A DNA stretch of 30,618 bases, taken from Anaerolineales bacterium (GTDB lineage Bacteria; Chloroflexota; Anaerolineae; UBA7937). Location of the stretch: contig JAUVHF010000001.1 in NCBI GenBank assembly GCA_030593425.1, forward strand, positions 1-30,618, written 5' to 3'. Positions 7,210 to 17,015 of the stretch are shown here, piece by piece; positions within the stretch are counted from its first letter, which is position 1; the number at the start of each line of letters is the position of its first letter. Both the position numbers and the translations under genes were made by a program. Below the pieces are notes generated by a model that worked only from the letters and a program-made list of their open reading frames with translations, was not told the DNA's origin and did no database searches.

Positions 7210-10062
7210 ATGAGAAGATATTCGATCCTTCAAAGAGTACCTTTAGCCTCTTGGCTCACCTTGATCACCTTTTTGGCCTTCACCCTCCGCATCGCCAGGC
7301 TGGACTTTCAACCTCTCTGGTGGGATGAGGGGTGGACGGTCTATTTCGCCACTAGCGATATCCCCTCCATGGTGGCTCGCACGGCCATCGATATCCACCC
7401 TCCCTTCTACTATCTGCTTCTCCACCTTTGGGTACTCCTCCTGGGGTCAAGCCCTTTCGCCATCCGCTTCTTCTCCCTCTTGGTGGGCGTTCTTTCCGCC
7501 CCTCTGATCTTCCTCGTGGCCCGCCGTCTCTTTAACCCCTCGGCAGGTCTCATCGCCGCTTTGGTTTGGGCTGTGGCCCCCCTTCCCATCTACTACTCCC
7601 AAGAGGCCCGCATGTACGCCCTGGTCACCTTCCTGGGGCTCCTATCCACCCTTTTTGCCTTGCAGATAGGGAAAGGGTTGAAAGAAGGCCAAACCTCCAT
7701 AGGCCTCTGGGCAGGCTACATCTTGACCACTACCGCGGCGGCGTACACTCAATACTATGCGGCCTTTATACCTTTAGCCCAGACGCTCTTTTTCCTCATT
7801 TTGGCTCGTCACAACCTTTCCCTGCTCCTCAAATGGCTAACGGCTCAAGCGATCTGGTTCCTCCTCTACACCCCTTGGATCCTCTTCGCGGGGAGCAAAT
7901 TGATCGATTACGTGGCTACCAAGTTAGTGAAGGAGGCCGACCTTTCCCTGGGCTTCGCCACCTATATGGGAAGCCATCTAGCCACCTTTGGCCTAGGACA
8001 CCTGCCTGAGCATCTCGCTTGGTTGGGTATCATACCCTTGCTTTTTGCTGCTCTAGGGGTGGGAAGGGCTCTTCTTCCCGCTTCGAAGGTTTCCCTGAAG
8101 CAGGAGGGAGAAAAAGGCGCTCTTTTCCTCCTCCTCTACCTTTTCGTTCCCCTGCTCTCAGGCTTCCTCATCAACCTCCGTTTCCCCTTTAGAGCCGTAG
8201 GGATAGAGAGGCTCCTCCTCTTGGCCACGCCGGCCTTCTATATCTTAGTGGCCTTAGGTCTCTCCTCTCTAAAGGGAAAGAGGACCCTTCTATATTTGGC
8301 GGGGCTAGTCTTGGTCGCCGTTTGCGGCCTCTCCCTTTTCAACTTCTATACCATCCCGCGGTATGCAGAAGATGACTACCGTCCCCTTATCGCCCGGCTG
8401 GAGACGCTAGCCCAACCGGAAGATGTGATCTTGGCTGTCCACCCTTGGCAGGTGGGCTACTTTCGCAGTTACTACCGAGCCCCTTTGCCCTCCCTTTACC
8501 TCACCCCCAAGGAAGAGGCCGACGTGACACAGGAGGGGTGGGTGGAGCGCCCTGACCTCCTGGGCCAGGGGCTAGATCGACTGCTTTCCCAACACCCCCG
8601 GCTCTGGTTCCCTACCCATCAAGTATTGGGGAGGATCCTGGAAAACGAGGTAGAGGAGTACCTGAGTCGCGAATATCACCCTTTCCTCGCCGAGTGGTAT
8701 AGTCAGAGCACGAAACTTACTGCCTACGCCAGCCAAGCCCCCCTCACCACGAGCGATCGGCCACTGGAGTTCGGAGGCCTGATGCTTCTTCAAACCTATG
8801 GGGTAGGTGCCCAACCGGTGGAAGCCGCCTGGGGGGTGATAAGGACAGAGCTCCTCTGGCAAAGGATAGCCGATTTCCAAGAGAGGTATCGAGTAGCCTT
8901 ACGCCTGACGGACAAGGCTGGCCATCTATGGGCCAGTCACGATAGCGAGCCCCTCGCTGGGCTCCGCCCTTTCTCCCAACTCCCCCTGGGGGCCACCCTC
9001 AGCGATAGCCGAGGCCTCTTGGTGCCCGCCGGAACCCCTCCCGGCACCTACCAACTTCGCCTCTCCCTTTACAGCGACCCCGAAAGCGCTCCCCTGGAGG
9101 TGACATCGCTAGGAGAACCTCTGGGGGTGGAAGCGATATTGGGAGAGGTGAAAGTCGTTCTACCTGCTCGCCAGCCACCCCTCGAGGCGCTCCCCATCCA
9201 GCACCCTCGGCAAGCCGACTTCGAAGGAGGGATGCGGCTTCTAGGCTATAGCCTGGGCGAGGGCCCTTACCTCTCCGGCGAGGAGATAGAGGTGACCCTC
9301 TTTTGGCAGGCTTTGACTAAGATGGAAGACTATAAACTCTCCTTGCGTCTGGAGGACGAGAGCGGCAAAACCTGGACCCAGGTTGAGAAAGCCCCCCTCC
9401 ATGGCACCTACCCTACCAGTCGGTGGCCGGTTGATAGTCTCACTCGCGATCCCCATCGACTGCTGCTACCGGCTAATCTGCCGCCTGGCCACTACCGCCT
9501 GCTTTTGGGACTCCATCGCCCAGACGACGGTAAGCCTTTGGCCATCGGTCGCTGGCCCTTCTGGCGAGCCCAGGAACTGGCCCTTACCACTATCGAAGTG
9601 GAGGGAAGAGCCCATTCCACTGAGCCGCCTGAAGCCATCCAACACCCGCTTTGGGCCCGCTTTGGGGATAGCGTCCTCTTTCTAGGCTACGACCTGGAAG
9701 CGATAGAAAGCCATCCCGGCAGAAGTTTGCATCTCACCCTCTACTGGCAAGCCCTGGCCCAAATGGGGACCTCTTATACCGTCTTCACTCACCTCATCGA
9801 TGAAGAGGATCGCATCTGGGGACAGAAAGACGGCGTTCCCGGCGACTGGACCCTCCCCACCACCAGTTGGATCGAAGGAGAGTATATCAAAGATGAGTAC
9901 GAGATCCCCACTAAAGAGGATGCTCCTCTCGGAGATTACTTAATCGAGATCGGTATGTACGATGCTTCGACCTCAGTGCGGCTACCCATCTACGAGCAAG
10001 AGGGGAACCATATAGGAGATAGGCTCCTTCTGGCAGAGACGCCCATCCGACTGGTCCGCTAA
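7210..10062 (+). CDS. GT-C fold membrane glycosyltransferase (GT39/PMT_2/ArnT-like) with three C-terminal repeat modules (GT1)
   Basis: LWWDEGWT acidic pair after TM1, HPPFYY, YYSQEARMYAL and many hydrophobic helices. Modules begin near 8761, 9214 and 9655. Start moved from 7042, which overlaps rplI. Confidence 0.88.
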   Translation: MRRYSILQRVPLASWLTLITFLAFTLRIARLDFQPLWWDEGWTVYFATSDIPSMVARTAIDIHPPFYYLLLHLWVLLLGSSPFAIRFFSLLVGVLSAPLIFLVARRLFNPSAGLIAALVWAVAPLPIYYSQEARMYALVTFLGLLSTLFALQIGKGLKEGQTSIGLWAGYILTTTAAAYTQYYAAFIPLAQTLFFLILARHNLSLLLKWLTAQAIWFLLYTPWILFAGSKLIDYVATKLVKEADLSLGFATYMGSHLATFGLGHLPEHLAWLGIIPLLFAALGVGRALLPASKVSLKQEGEKGALFLLLYLFVPLLSGFLINLRFPFRAVGIERLLLLATPAFYILVALGLSSLKGKRTLLYLAGLVLVAVCGLSLFNFYTIPRYAEDDYRPLIARLETLAQPEDVILAVHPWQVGYFRSYYRAPLPSLYLTPKEEADVTQEGWVERPDLLGQGLDRLLSQHPRLWFPTHQVLGRILENEVEEYLSREYHPFLAEWYSQSTKLTAYASQAPLTTSDRPLEFGGLMLLQTYGVGAQPVEAAWGVIRTELLWQRIADFQERYRVALRLTDKAGHLWASHDSEPLAGLRPFSQLPLGATLSDSRGLLVPAGTPPGTYQLRLSLYSDPESAPLEVTSLGEPLGVEAILGEVKVVLPARQPPLEALPIQHPRQADFEGGMRLLGYSLGEGPYLSGEEIEVTLFWQALTKMEDYKLSLRLEDESGKTWTQVEKAPLHGTYPTSRWPVDSLTRDPHRLLLPANLPPGHYRLLLGLHRPDDGKPLAIGRWPFWRAQELALTTIEVEGRAHSTEPPEAIQHPLWARFGDSVLFLGYDLEAIESHPGRSLHLTLYWQALAQMGTSYTVFTHLIDEEDRIWGQKDGVPGDWTLPTTSWIEGEYIKDEYEIPTKEDAPLGDYLIEIGMYDASTSVRLPIYEQEGNHIGDRLLLAETPIRLVR

Positions 10063-10112
10063 AAGGCTGGCAAAGCGAGGCAAGCGCCCCCGGTTGGCGC
10101 GACAGGGGCAGT

Positions 10113-10141
10113 TTGCCAAAAGACTAGGGTTGTGCCATACT
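10113..10141 (+). promoter_or_regulatory. Promoter for GT2-GT3, probably leaderless
   Basis: TTGCCA-17 nt-CATACT with TGc; ATG 10148 follows 6 nt later with no SD. Confidence 0.55.
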
Positions 10142-10147
10142 GAACCC

Positions 10148-12046
10148 ATGACTGGAGCGGATGCCCGACGGTTCCGTCTTGGGATCCTGCTCGTCGTCCT
10201 GCTGGCCCTCGGCCTGCGGCTCTACGCCATTGACCGCCAGGACATCTGGGGCGATGAGGCTTTTAGCATCTGGCTCAGCAGCCAACCCCTGCCCCAGGTC
10301 GTTGCTGGCGGCGCAGACACTCACCCGCCCCTCTATCCTTTCCTCCTCTACCTCTGGCTACGCCCGGTAGGATCATCGCCCCTGGCTGTGCGCTTCCTCT
10401 CGGCTGTCATTGGCACCCTGACGGTGCCGGTTATCTATCTCCTGGGTCGCCGCGCTTTCGGTCTGGCAACTGGGGGGTTGGCTGCCTTGTTGGTCGCTGT
10501 CTCGCCGCTTCTGACCTACTACTCGCAGGAAACGCGCATGTACGGCCTGGTCACCCTCCTGACCGCCGCCTCTGTCTATTGGGCAATGCGCGTTTCCCAA
10601 AGATCGCGCTCCATCGGAGCGTGGGCGGCCTACCTCCTTACCACCCTCGGTGGCGCCTACACCCACTACTATGGCTTTTTCGTCATCCTGGCCGAGAATC
10701 TAGTCATCATCCCATTCCTGCTCTGCCGTCGCCGATGGTCCGATTTGGGCCCATGGCTGGCTGCACAAGGCACCATCGCCCTGGCCTATCTCCCCTGGAT
10801 CGCCGTCCAGAGCGGCTTTCTCAGCGGAAAGGCCAGCGCCCGCTTCGACGAGTGGGTTCTGTCCGCCGCCCTCCGCATCGCGCGGCAGACGTTCACCACC
10901 TTCAGCGCTGGCCTGGCCGTCCCCTCCGCTGCCGCGTGGGTGATCACCCTCCTGTTTCTGATCGCCGTCGTCGCCGGCCTGCTGGGCCTCTTTGGCCGCC
11001 GCCAACCAGAGCCCTGGCTGGTCGTCGCCTATCTCACCCTCCCTCTCCTCCTGGCCTGGGCCGTCAACCCCATCATGCCCTTTTTCTACGCCCGTTACCT
11101 GCTTCTCATCGCCCCTGCCTTCTACCTCCTGGCGGCGTGGGGCGTGATGGCCTGGGGCCATCTATGGCGACCGATGAGCGCCGTGGGTGCCCTACTCCTG
11201 CTAGTTGGGAGCGGCTACGGTCTGCGCGGCTATTACACCGACGACGCTTATCTCAAGGGCCGCTACGGTCAGATGATAGCCTACGTGCAGGCCAACGCCC
11301 GCCCCGACGATGGCCTCATCCTGGCCAACCAACTCCAGCGTCCCCTCTTTGAATATTACCGAGCTGATGGCCTGGATGCCTACTTTTTCCCCCGCTATGA
11401 ATATCCGTTGGAGGATCCCCGCACCGCCCGCGAGTTGGCCACCATCGCCACCAGCCACCCACGCCTGTGGCTGGTCCGCTTTGGAAACCCAGCGGAATAC
11501 GACCCTGGTGGCTACCTCTCCCGCTGGCTGACTACCCACGGTAGCAAGGCCTACTTTGGCGGATGGGTGGATGCCGATCTGTCGCTATACGTGATGACGG
11601 CCGCCGCTGCCGACGATACTATCCAGCACCCACTGCACGCCGATCTGGGTGACCAGGTGCGGCTCCTGGGCTATGCTCTTAGCGCTGAACGTGTGGCCCC
11701 TGGCGATACGCTACTCCTAACCCTCTACTGGCAGGCTCTCTCGCCGGTGGTGGAGCGCTACACCGTCTTTACCCACCTACTGGACGCCAGCGAGCAGATC
11801 CGGGCGCAGATGGACAGCGAACCCCAGGGAGGCAGCCTGCCCACCGACCGCTGGACCGTCGGCCAAGTCGTCCAGGACAACTATGCGCTGAGCGTCTCCG
11901 CCGACGCCAGGCCCGGCCCGCATGTCCTCGAAGTAGGCATGTACCTCCTGGAGACCCTTGAGCGCTTGCCCGTCCGAGACCCCGACAGCGGTACGCCCCT
12001 AGGCGACCGGGTGTTGCTGGGCACCATCGAGGTGGTGGCCCCATGA
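10148..12046 (+). CDS. GT-C glycosyltransferase (GT39/PMT_2-like) with one C-terminal module (GT2)
   Basis: IWGDEAFS, THPPLY, YYSQETRMYGL and YTHYYGFF. Module ADLGDQVRLLGY...LTLYWQAL...YTVFTHLLD...PTDRW...LEVGMY. Confidence 0.88.
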   Translation: MTGADARRFRLGILLVVLLALGLRLYAIDRQDIWGDEAFSIWLSSQPLPQVVAGGADTHPPLYPFLLYLWLRPVGSSPLAVRFLSAVIGTLTVPVIYLLGRRAFGLATGGLAALLVAVSPLLTYYSQETRMYGLVTLLTAASVYWAMRVSQRSRSIGAWAAYLLTTLGGAYTHYYGFFVILAENLVIIPFLLCRRRWSDLGPWLAAQGTIALAYLPWIAVQSGFLSGKASARFDEWVLSAALRIARQTFTTFSAGLAVPSAAAWVITLLFLIAVVAGLLGLFGRRQPEPWLVVAYLTLPLLLAWAVNPIMPFFYARYLLLIAPAFYLLAAWGVMAWGHLWRPMSAVGALLLLVGSGYGLRGYYTDDAYLKGRYGQMIAYVQANARPDDGLILANQLQRPLFEYYRADGLDAYFFPRYEYPLEDPRTARELATIATSHPRLWLVRFGNPAEYDPGGYLSRWLTTHGSKAYFGGWVDADLSLYVMTAAAADDTIQHPLHADLGDQVRLLGYALSAERVAPGDTLLLTLYWQALSPVVERYTVFTHLLDASEQIRAQMDSEPQGGSLPTDRWTVGQVVQDNYALSVSADARPGPHVLEVGMYLLETLERLPVRDPDSGTPLGDRVLLGTIEVVAP

Positions 12047-14094
12047 GAAAAAGGAACCTTCCTCTCCGCTGGGAAGTGGGGGCCGTCCTGCTCATCACCC
12101 TGATCGCCGCCGCCCTCCGCTTCTACCGCCTGCCCGACCTGCCGCCTGGCCTCCACTTTGACGAAGGCTTCAAAGGCATCACGGCCCGCGGGCTGCTGGA
12201 AGGCGCTCCTCCTCAGATTTTCTTTGAAAGCGACATGGGCGAGGAACCCATTGCCCATTACCTTGTGGCCGCGGCCATCGGTCTGCTGGGCCAGAAGCCC
12301 TGGATTATCCGCCTGCCGTCAGCCTTGGCCGGCGTGCTGACGGTGCCCCTGGCCTGGTGGCTGGGGCGCGAGCTTTTCCCAAACCCGCGCTCGCACCGGG
12401 GTGGGGCAATCCAGCCGGAGCAAGGGGAAGAGCCAAAAAGCCCTGGTGGCTTCCAGGGGCAGATCGTGGGCCTGGGCACCGCCTTGGTCTTGGCTATCCT
12501 CTACTGGCATCTCAGCTTCAGCCGGATCGGTATGGAGCCAATCCTTGTGCCCCTTTTCGCCACCCTGGCCTTTGCCGCCCTGGCCCGGGGGCTGAATACC
12601 GATCGCTGGCCTGCTTTTGCCCTGGCCGGGCTGGCCCTGGGCGGCAGCCTTTACACCTACAAAGCCGGCTATTTCGTGCCCATCCTGGCGACCCTGATCG
12701 TCGCCTACGCCGCCGTCGTGGAGCGCCGATTCCTCCATCGCCACGGACGCGGCCTACTCTTGATGGCCCTCGTCGCGCTGATCGTCGCCGCGCCCATCGG
12801 TCTCTACTTTGTCACCCATCCGTCCAGCTTTTTGCAGAGGCCCGCCAGCGTGGCTTTAGTGGGTGGCGAAAGTGCCTCGGAAAGCCCCTGGCAGGCGTTA
12901 GGGGACAACATCCCCCGCGTGCTAAGGATGTTCTTTCTGCGGGGCGATACTAATCCGCGCAGCAACCTGCCCGGTCGCCCGGCCCTGGACCCTTTCCTGG
13001 CCCTCCTTTTCCTGGTCGGGCTGGGACGGGCGCTGATCGGGTTCCGCCGTCCGACGTCGGCTCTACCACTGATCTGGCTGGGAGTGATGACCCTGCCCAC
13101 ACTCGTCACCGAGCACGCGCCTCACTTTGGCAGGGCCATCGGCGCTACGCCAGCCCTGGCCCTCCTCTGCGCTCTGGGCGGCTGGGCCGTCTGGCAAAGC
13201 GCGACGCGGCTGGGCCGCCAGTGGGTGTGGGGCGTGGTCGCCCTGCTGCTGGGGGCGGGATTGGTTTTCTCTGGCGTCTCGACGGCGCGGGCCTACTTCC
13301 TCACTTGGGGCCGCAGCAATGACCTTTTCTACGCCTTCGATGTAGGATTGGTGGATATGGCCCACTACATAAAAGGGTTGTCCTCCCAGGAACGGCTCTA
13401 TCTTTCCCCCGTGCACAGCGATCACCCCACCCTCCTCTTCCTCCTGAGTGGTACCAACACGAAGAGCCTAGATGGAAGAGAGGGGATGGTGTTGCCTGGC
13501 GACGATAGAGCGACCACCTACCTGATAATCACCCACGAGGATGAAACCTCTCTTCCCCTCCTGCGAAGATACCTCCCCCAAGGCGATGTGGTCTTCAAAA
13601 GCCGAGACAGAAACGGGGAGACCTACTTTGTGGTCTATCGGGTCCCAAAAGGTGGCCCGGTCGTGAACCCGGAACATCCCTTTTCTATCGACCTGGGGAA
13701 GGTTCGGTTCCTGGGGTTTGATCTCTCTACGGACTCCCCTCACCGGGGGGAGACCCTAGACCTGACCCTGTACTGGCAGGCTCTGGGGGAGATGAAAGAG
13801 AGTTATTCTGTCTTCACCCACCTCCTGGGCCCTTACAACGAGGCCACTGGCGGTCCCCTCTGGGGGCAGGATGACAGCCTACCCCTCAGGGGCTCCTACC
13901 CCACTACCCGGTGGGAGAAGGGTGAGATAGTGGTGGACCTTTACCATATCCCCATCCCCCCGCAGGCGCCAGCCGGAGAGTATGAGATCGAAGTAGGCAT
14001 CTACCTTCTCTCCACCTTGGAACGGCTGCCTGTCCTGGGCCCTGGGGGTGAAAGTGACCGGATCCTCCTAGGACGGATATTGGTGGAAGAGTAG
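12043..14094 (+). CDS. GT-C glycosyltransferase (GT39/PMT_2-like) with one C-terminal module (GT3)
   Basis: PPGLHFDEGF, WHLSFSRIGMEPIL, YTYKAGYF, NLPGRPALDP and APHFGRAIG. ATGA overlap with GT2. Confidence 0.88.
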   Translation: MRKRNLPLRWEVGAVLLITLIAAALRFYRLPDLPPGLHFDEGFKGITARGLLEGAPPQIFFESDMGEEPIAHYLVAAAIGLLGQKPWIIRLPSALAGVLTVPLAWWLGRELFPNPRSHRGGAIQPEQGEEPKSPGGFQGQIVGLGTALVLAILYWHLSFSRIGMEPILVPLFATLAFAALARGLNTDRWPAFALAGLALGGSLYTYKAGYFVPILATLIVAYAAVVERRFLHRHGRGLLLMALVALIVAAPIGLYFVTHPSSFLQRPASVALVGGESASESPWQALGDNIPRVLRMFFLRGDTNPRSNLPGRPALDPFLALLFLVGLGRALIGFRRPTSALPLIWLGVMTLPTLVTEHAPHFGRAIGATPALALLCALGGWAVWQSATRLGRQWVWGVVALLLGAGLVFSGVSTARAYFLTWGRSNDLFYAFDVGLVDMAHYIKGLSSQERLYLSPVHSDHPTLLFLLSGTNTKSLDGREGMVLPGDDRATTYLIITHEDETSLPLLRRYLPQGDVVFKSRDRNGETYFVVYRVPKGGPVVNPEHPFSIDLGKVRFLGFDLSTDSPHRGETLDLTLYWQALGEMKESYSVFTHLLGPYNEATGGPLWGQDDSLPLRGSYPTTRWEKGEIVVDLYHIPIPPQAPAGEYEIEVGIYLLSTLERLPVLGPGGESDRILLGRILVEE

Positions 14095-14142
14095 AACTCT
14101 ACTTACAGCCTACGCATCCATATATCCCCTAGCCACGAAGTT

Positions 14143-14151
14143 TGCTATAAT
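14143..14151 (+). promoter_or_regulatory. Extended -10 promoter for GT4
   Basis: TGcTATAAT, then SD AGGAGA (14166-14171) and TTG start. Confidence 0.55.
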
Positions 14152-14176
14152 CGTTCCCAACGATAGGAGAAAGCAG

Positions 14177-17011
14177 TTGCAAAAGAGCGGTGTTCAGAAT
14201 CGACGAACTCTTTGGCTCATCGTCGTCATCCTCCTCGTGGCCACCTTCTTCCGGACCTACCGTTTCCAGGCCGCCCCCCCTGGCCTTCAGCACGATGAGA
14301 TATTCAAGGCCAACTTCGCCACCTATATCCTTAAGGGAGAGTTCCCCGCTTTTTTCGATGCTAACGGCGGAGAGGAGGCTCTCTACCCCTACCTAGCCGC
14401 TCTTTCCATCGCCCTTCTGGGGGAGAACTATTTCGCCCTCCGTCTAGTGGCCGTCCTTTCAGGGATAGTGAGCATCGCCATACTCTACCGCTTGGCTAAG
14501 GAACTCTTCGGCCCAGAGGTGGCCCTCCTCACCGCCGCCGGGGTAGCGATCTCTTTCTGGCATATCTTCGATAGCCGCGTGGGGTTGCGCCCTATTACCC
14601 TCCTCCTCCTGGAACTCGCCTGCTTCTACCTCTTTTGGCAGGGGCTAAGGAGGGGTAGGGTTTGGTTCCTGGCCTCGGGCCTCATTTTGGGCCTGGCTCA
14701 ATATACCTACACCTCGGCTCCCCTGGTGGCTGCCACTCTTCTGTCCTTCGTGCTCTACCTTTTCATCTGGCATAGAGGTCTCCTCCGCAGCAACCTTAAA
14801 GGTATCGTCCTCCTCTTCATCGTGGCCTCGGTGGTCTTTCTCCCCATGGGCTATCACTTACAGAGAAACCCCCTCGCCTCCACGGCCAGGGTGCGCGATC
14901 TCGGCGACCACCTCCGCCTCCTCTTCCAAGGCGACCCCCGACCTCTGCTGAAAGACACCTTGAATGTTCTAGGGATGTTCACCCTTCGCGGCGACCCAGA
15001 GTGGCGATATAACCTGGCGGGGCGACCGCTCTTCGATCCTCTAACCTCCCTCCTCTTCTACGGAGGTCTCCTTATCTCTCTAGTCAGGTTCAAGAAACCA
15101 GAGTACGCTTTTCTTCTCCTCTGGCTGCCCCTAAACCTCATAACCAGCGCCGTAACTCGGAACAGCCCCTCTACCCTGAGGGCCATCGGTGCCCTGGGAG
15201 CGATATATACCCTTCCTTCGATAGCCATCGTGGCCGCTTGGAGATGGCTCGCGCAAAGGAAGGGGGAGACCGCTAAAAGGGTGGCTATGGGGGCTATAGC
15301 GGCCCTCTTCTTGACCACAACCATTTTCACCTACCGCGATTATTTTCTCCTCTGGGCCCAAAACCCTGAGGTGCGGAAGATCTATCGAGCCGATTTGACA
15401 GAGGTAGCCCGGTACTTGAGCCGGTTGGAGGGGGGTACCATCTGCATCTCTGCGGAGTTCGCTGCCGACTTGGACCAACAACTCCTAAACTATATGTTAG
15501 GGGAGCCCCGCTTCATCAGATGGTTCAACGGAGAGAGGTCCCTCGTCTTCCCTGCCAGCGAGGAGGTGACCTATATCTTCCCTGCCACGGGCCCCTTGCG
15601 AGAGGAATGGAAAGGTGACTATTTCTCTGGTCTGCCAGTAGCGGATAGCGTCCTCGACCCCCAGGGCGAGCCAGCCTTTCAGGCCTACCGCTTGGACTCA
15701 GGAGATTTGGCTGGCTTTCAAAAGATCCAACCCCACTATCCCCTCTCGGCCAATCTCGATAACAAGATCGAGATCCTGGGGTATGATCTCGCCTCCCCGC
15801 CTCGGGCCGGGAAGCCCTTACAACTCGTCCTCTACTGGCGCGCCCTCGGCAGGGAAAAGGGGGATGTAGATTACTCTTTCTTCCTCCATCTGGTGGATCT
15901 GCGAGGCTATCTTTGGGCCCAAGCCGACTCCTTAGGCTATCCCCCTTCCAGTTGGCAAGAGGGCGACCTGGTAGCAGAGTGGTTCACCCTTTCCATCCCC
16001 CCCGACACGCCGCCCCGAGAGTATCGTCTGCAGGTGGGCCTCTATGACCGGGCTACGGGAAAGAGGGTTAAGATGGCAGAAGAACCCTACCGGGACGCTC
16101 TCTCCTCCGAACCCATCGTCGTAGCCAAGGCAGCCTCTGTTCCTTTGGAGGCCCTGGAGATACCCCAACCTCGTCGGAGGAACTTGGACCAGAAATTAAC
16201 TTTCTTGGGGTGGGGGATCAGCCGTCGCCAGGCGGGCCCAGGGCAGCGGATACACGTCTCCCTTTGGTGGCAAGCGCAAGGCCAACCAGAGAGAGATTAC
16301 GCCCTCTCGGTCTTCCTCGCCGATGAGGAAGGAAATCGGTTCGGAGAGCTCCGCCGCCAACCCTTAGATGGGGATTACCCTACCAGCCGCTGGAAGGCCC
16401 GAGAGATCGTCCGCGACCGTTTCGACTACCCCATCCCTCCCGAAACCCCTCCAGGGAGATATCGCCTCCTAGTTCGAGTTTTCGATATGGAAACAGGGGA
16501 GTATCTTCCTCTAGTCGGAGATTCAGGGGACAGCACCGCCCTGAGTCGCATTCGGGTCTTGGAGCGGCCTAGGGAGTTCGCCCTCCCCTCCCCGACACAT
16601 CCCTTAGCGGTCAACCTGGGAGAGCAGGTGACCCTTCTGGGATATGACCTGGAGAGCAAGGCCAAAGCAGGAGGAGAGTTGCACCTAGTACTTTACTGGC
16701 AAGCCCGGAGAGAGATGAGCACCAGTTATACCGTCTTCACCCACCTTCTGGATGAGGGAGGGCGACTCTGGGGGCAGAAAGATAACCCGCCACAAGGGGG
16801 CAAATATCCCACCACCGGCTGGCTGGAAGGGGAGGTGGTACGAGATGAATACGAGATCCCCGTCTCCCCCAATGCCCCTTTTGGCTCTTACCTCCTAGAG
16901 GTGGGGATGTACCAAGCCGAAACGGGGACGCGCCTCCCCGCCTTCGATGAAGAGGGAAACCGGCTAGAGGGAGACAGGGTCATCTTGGCCACGATCCGAA
17001 TCGAGGAGTAG
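14177..17011 (+). CDS. GT-C glycosyltransferase (GT39/PMT_2-like) with three C-terminal modules (GT4)
   Basis: PPGLQHDEIF, WHIFDSRVGLR, YTYTSA and YNLAGRPLFDP. Modules begin near 15748, 16177 and 16609. Confidence 0.88.
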   Translation: MQKSGVQNRRTLWLIVVILLVATFFRTYRFQAAPPGLQHDEIFKANFATYILKGEFPAFFDANGGEEALYPYLAALSIALLGENYFALRLVAVLSGIVSIAILYRLAKELFGPEVALLTAAGVAISFWHIFDSRVGLRPITLLLLELACFYLFWQGLRRGRVWFLASGLILGLAQYTYTSAPLVAATLLSFVLYLFIWHRGLLRSNLKGIVLLFIVASVVFLPMGYHLQRNPLASTARVRDLGDHLRLLFQGDPRPLLKDTLNVLGMFTLRGDPEWRYNLAGRPLFDPLTSLLFYGGLLISLVRFKKPEYAFLLLWLPLNLITSAVTRNSPSTLRAIGALGAIYTLPSIAIVAAWRWLAQRKGETAKRVAMGAIAALFLTTTIFTYRDYFLLWAQNPEVRKIYRADLTEVARYLSRLEGGTICISAEFAADLDQQLLNYMLGEPRFIRWFNGERSLVFPASEEVTYIFPATGPLREEWKGDYFSGLPVADSVLDPQGEPAFQAYRLDSGDLAGFQKIQPHYPLSANLDNKIEILGYDLASPPRAGKPLQLVLYWRALGREKGDVDYSFFLHLVDLRGYLWAQADSLGYPPSSWQEGDLVAEWFTLSIPPDTPPREYRLQVGLYDRATGKRVKMAEEPYRDALSSEPIVVAKAASVPLEALEIPQPRRRNLDQKLTFLGWGISRRQAGPGQRIHVSLWWQAQGQPERDYALSVFLADEEGNRFGELRRQPLDGDYPTSRWKAREIVRDRFDYPIPPETPPGRYRLLVRVFDMETGEYLPLVGDSGDSTALSRIRVLERPREFALPSPTHPLAVNLGEQVTLLGYDLESKAKAGGELHLVLYWQARREMSTSYTVFTHLLDEGGRLWGQKDNPPQGGKYPTTGWLEGEVVRDEYEIPVSPNAPFGSYLLEVGMYQAETGTRLPAFDEEGNRLEGDRVILATIRIEE

Positions 17012-17015
17012 AGGC

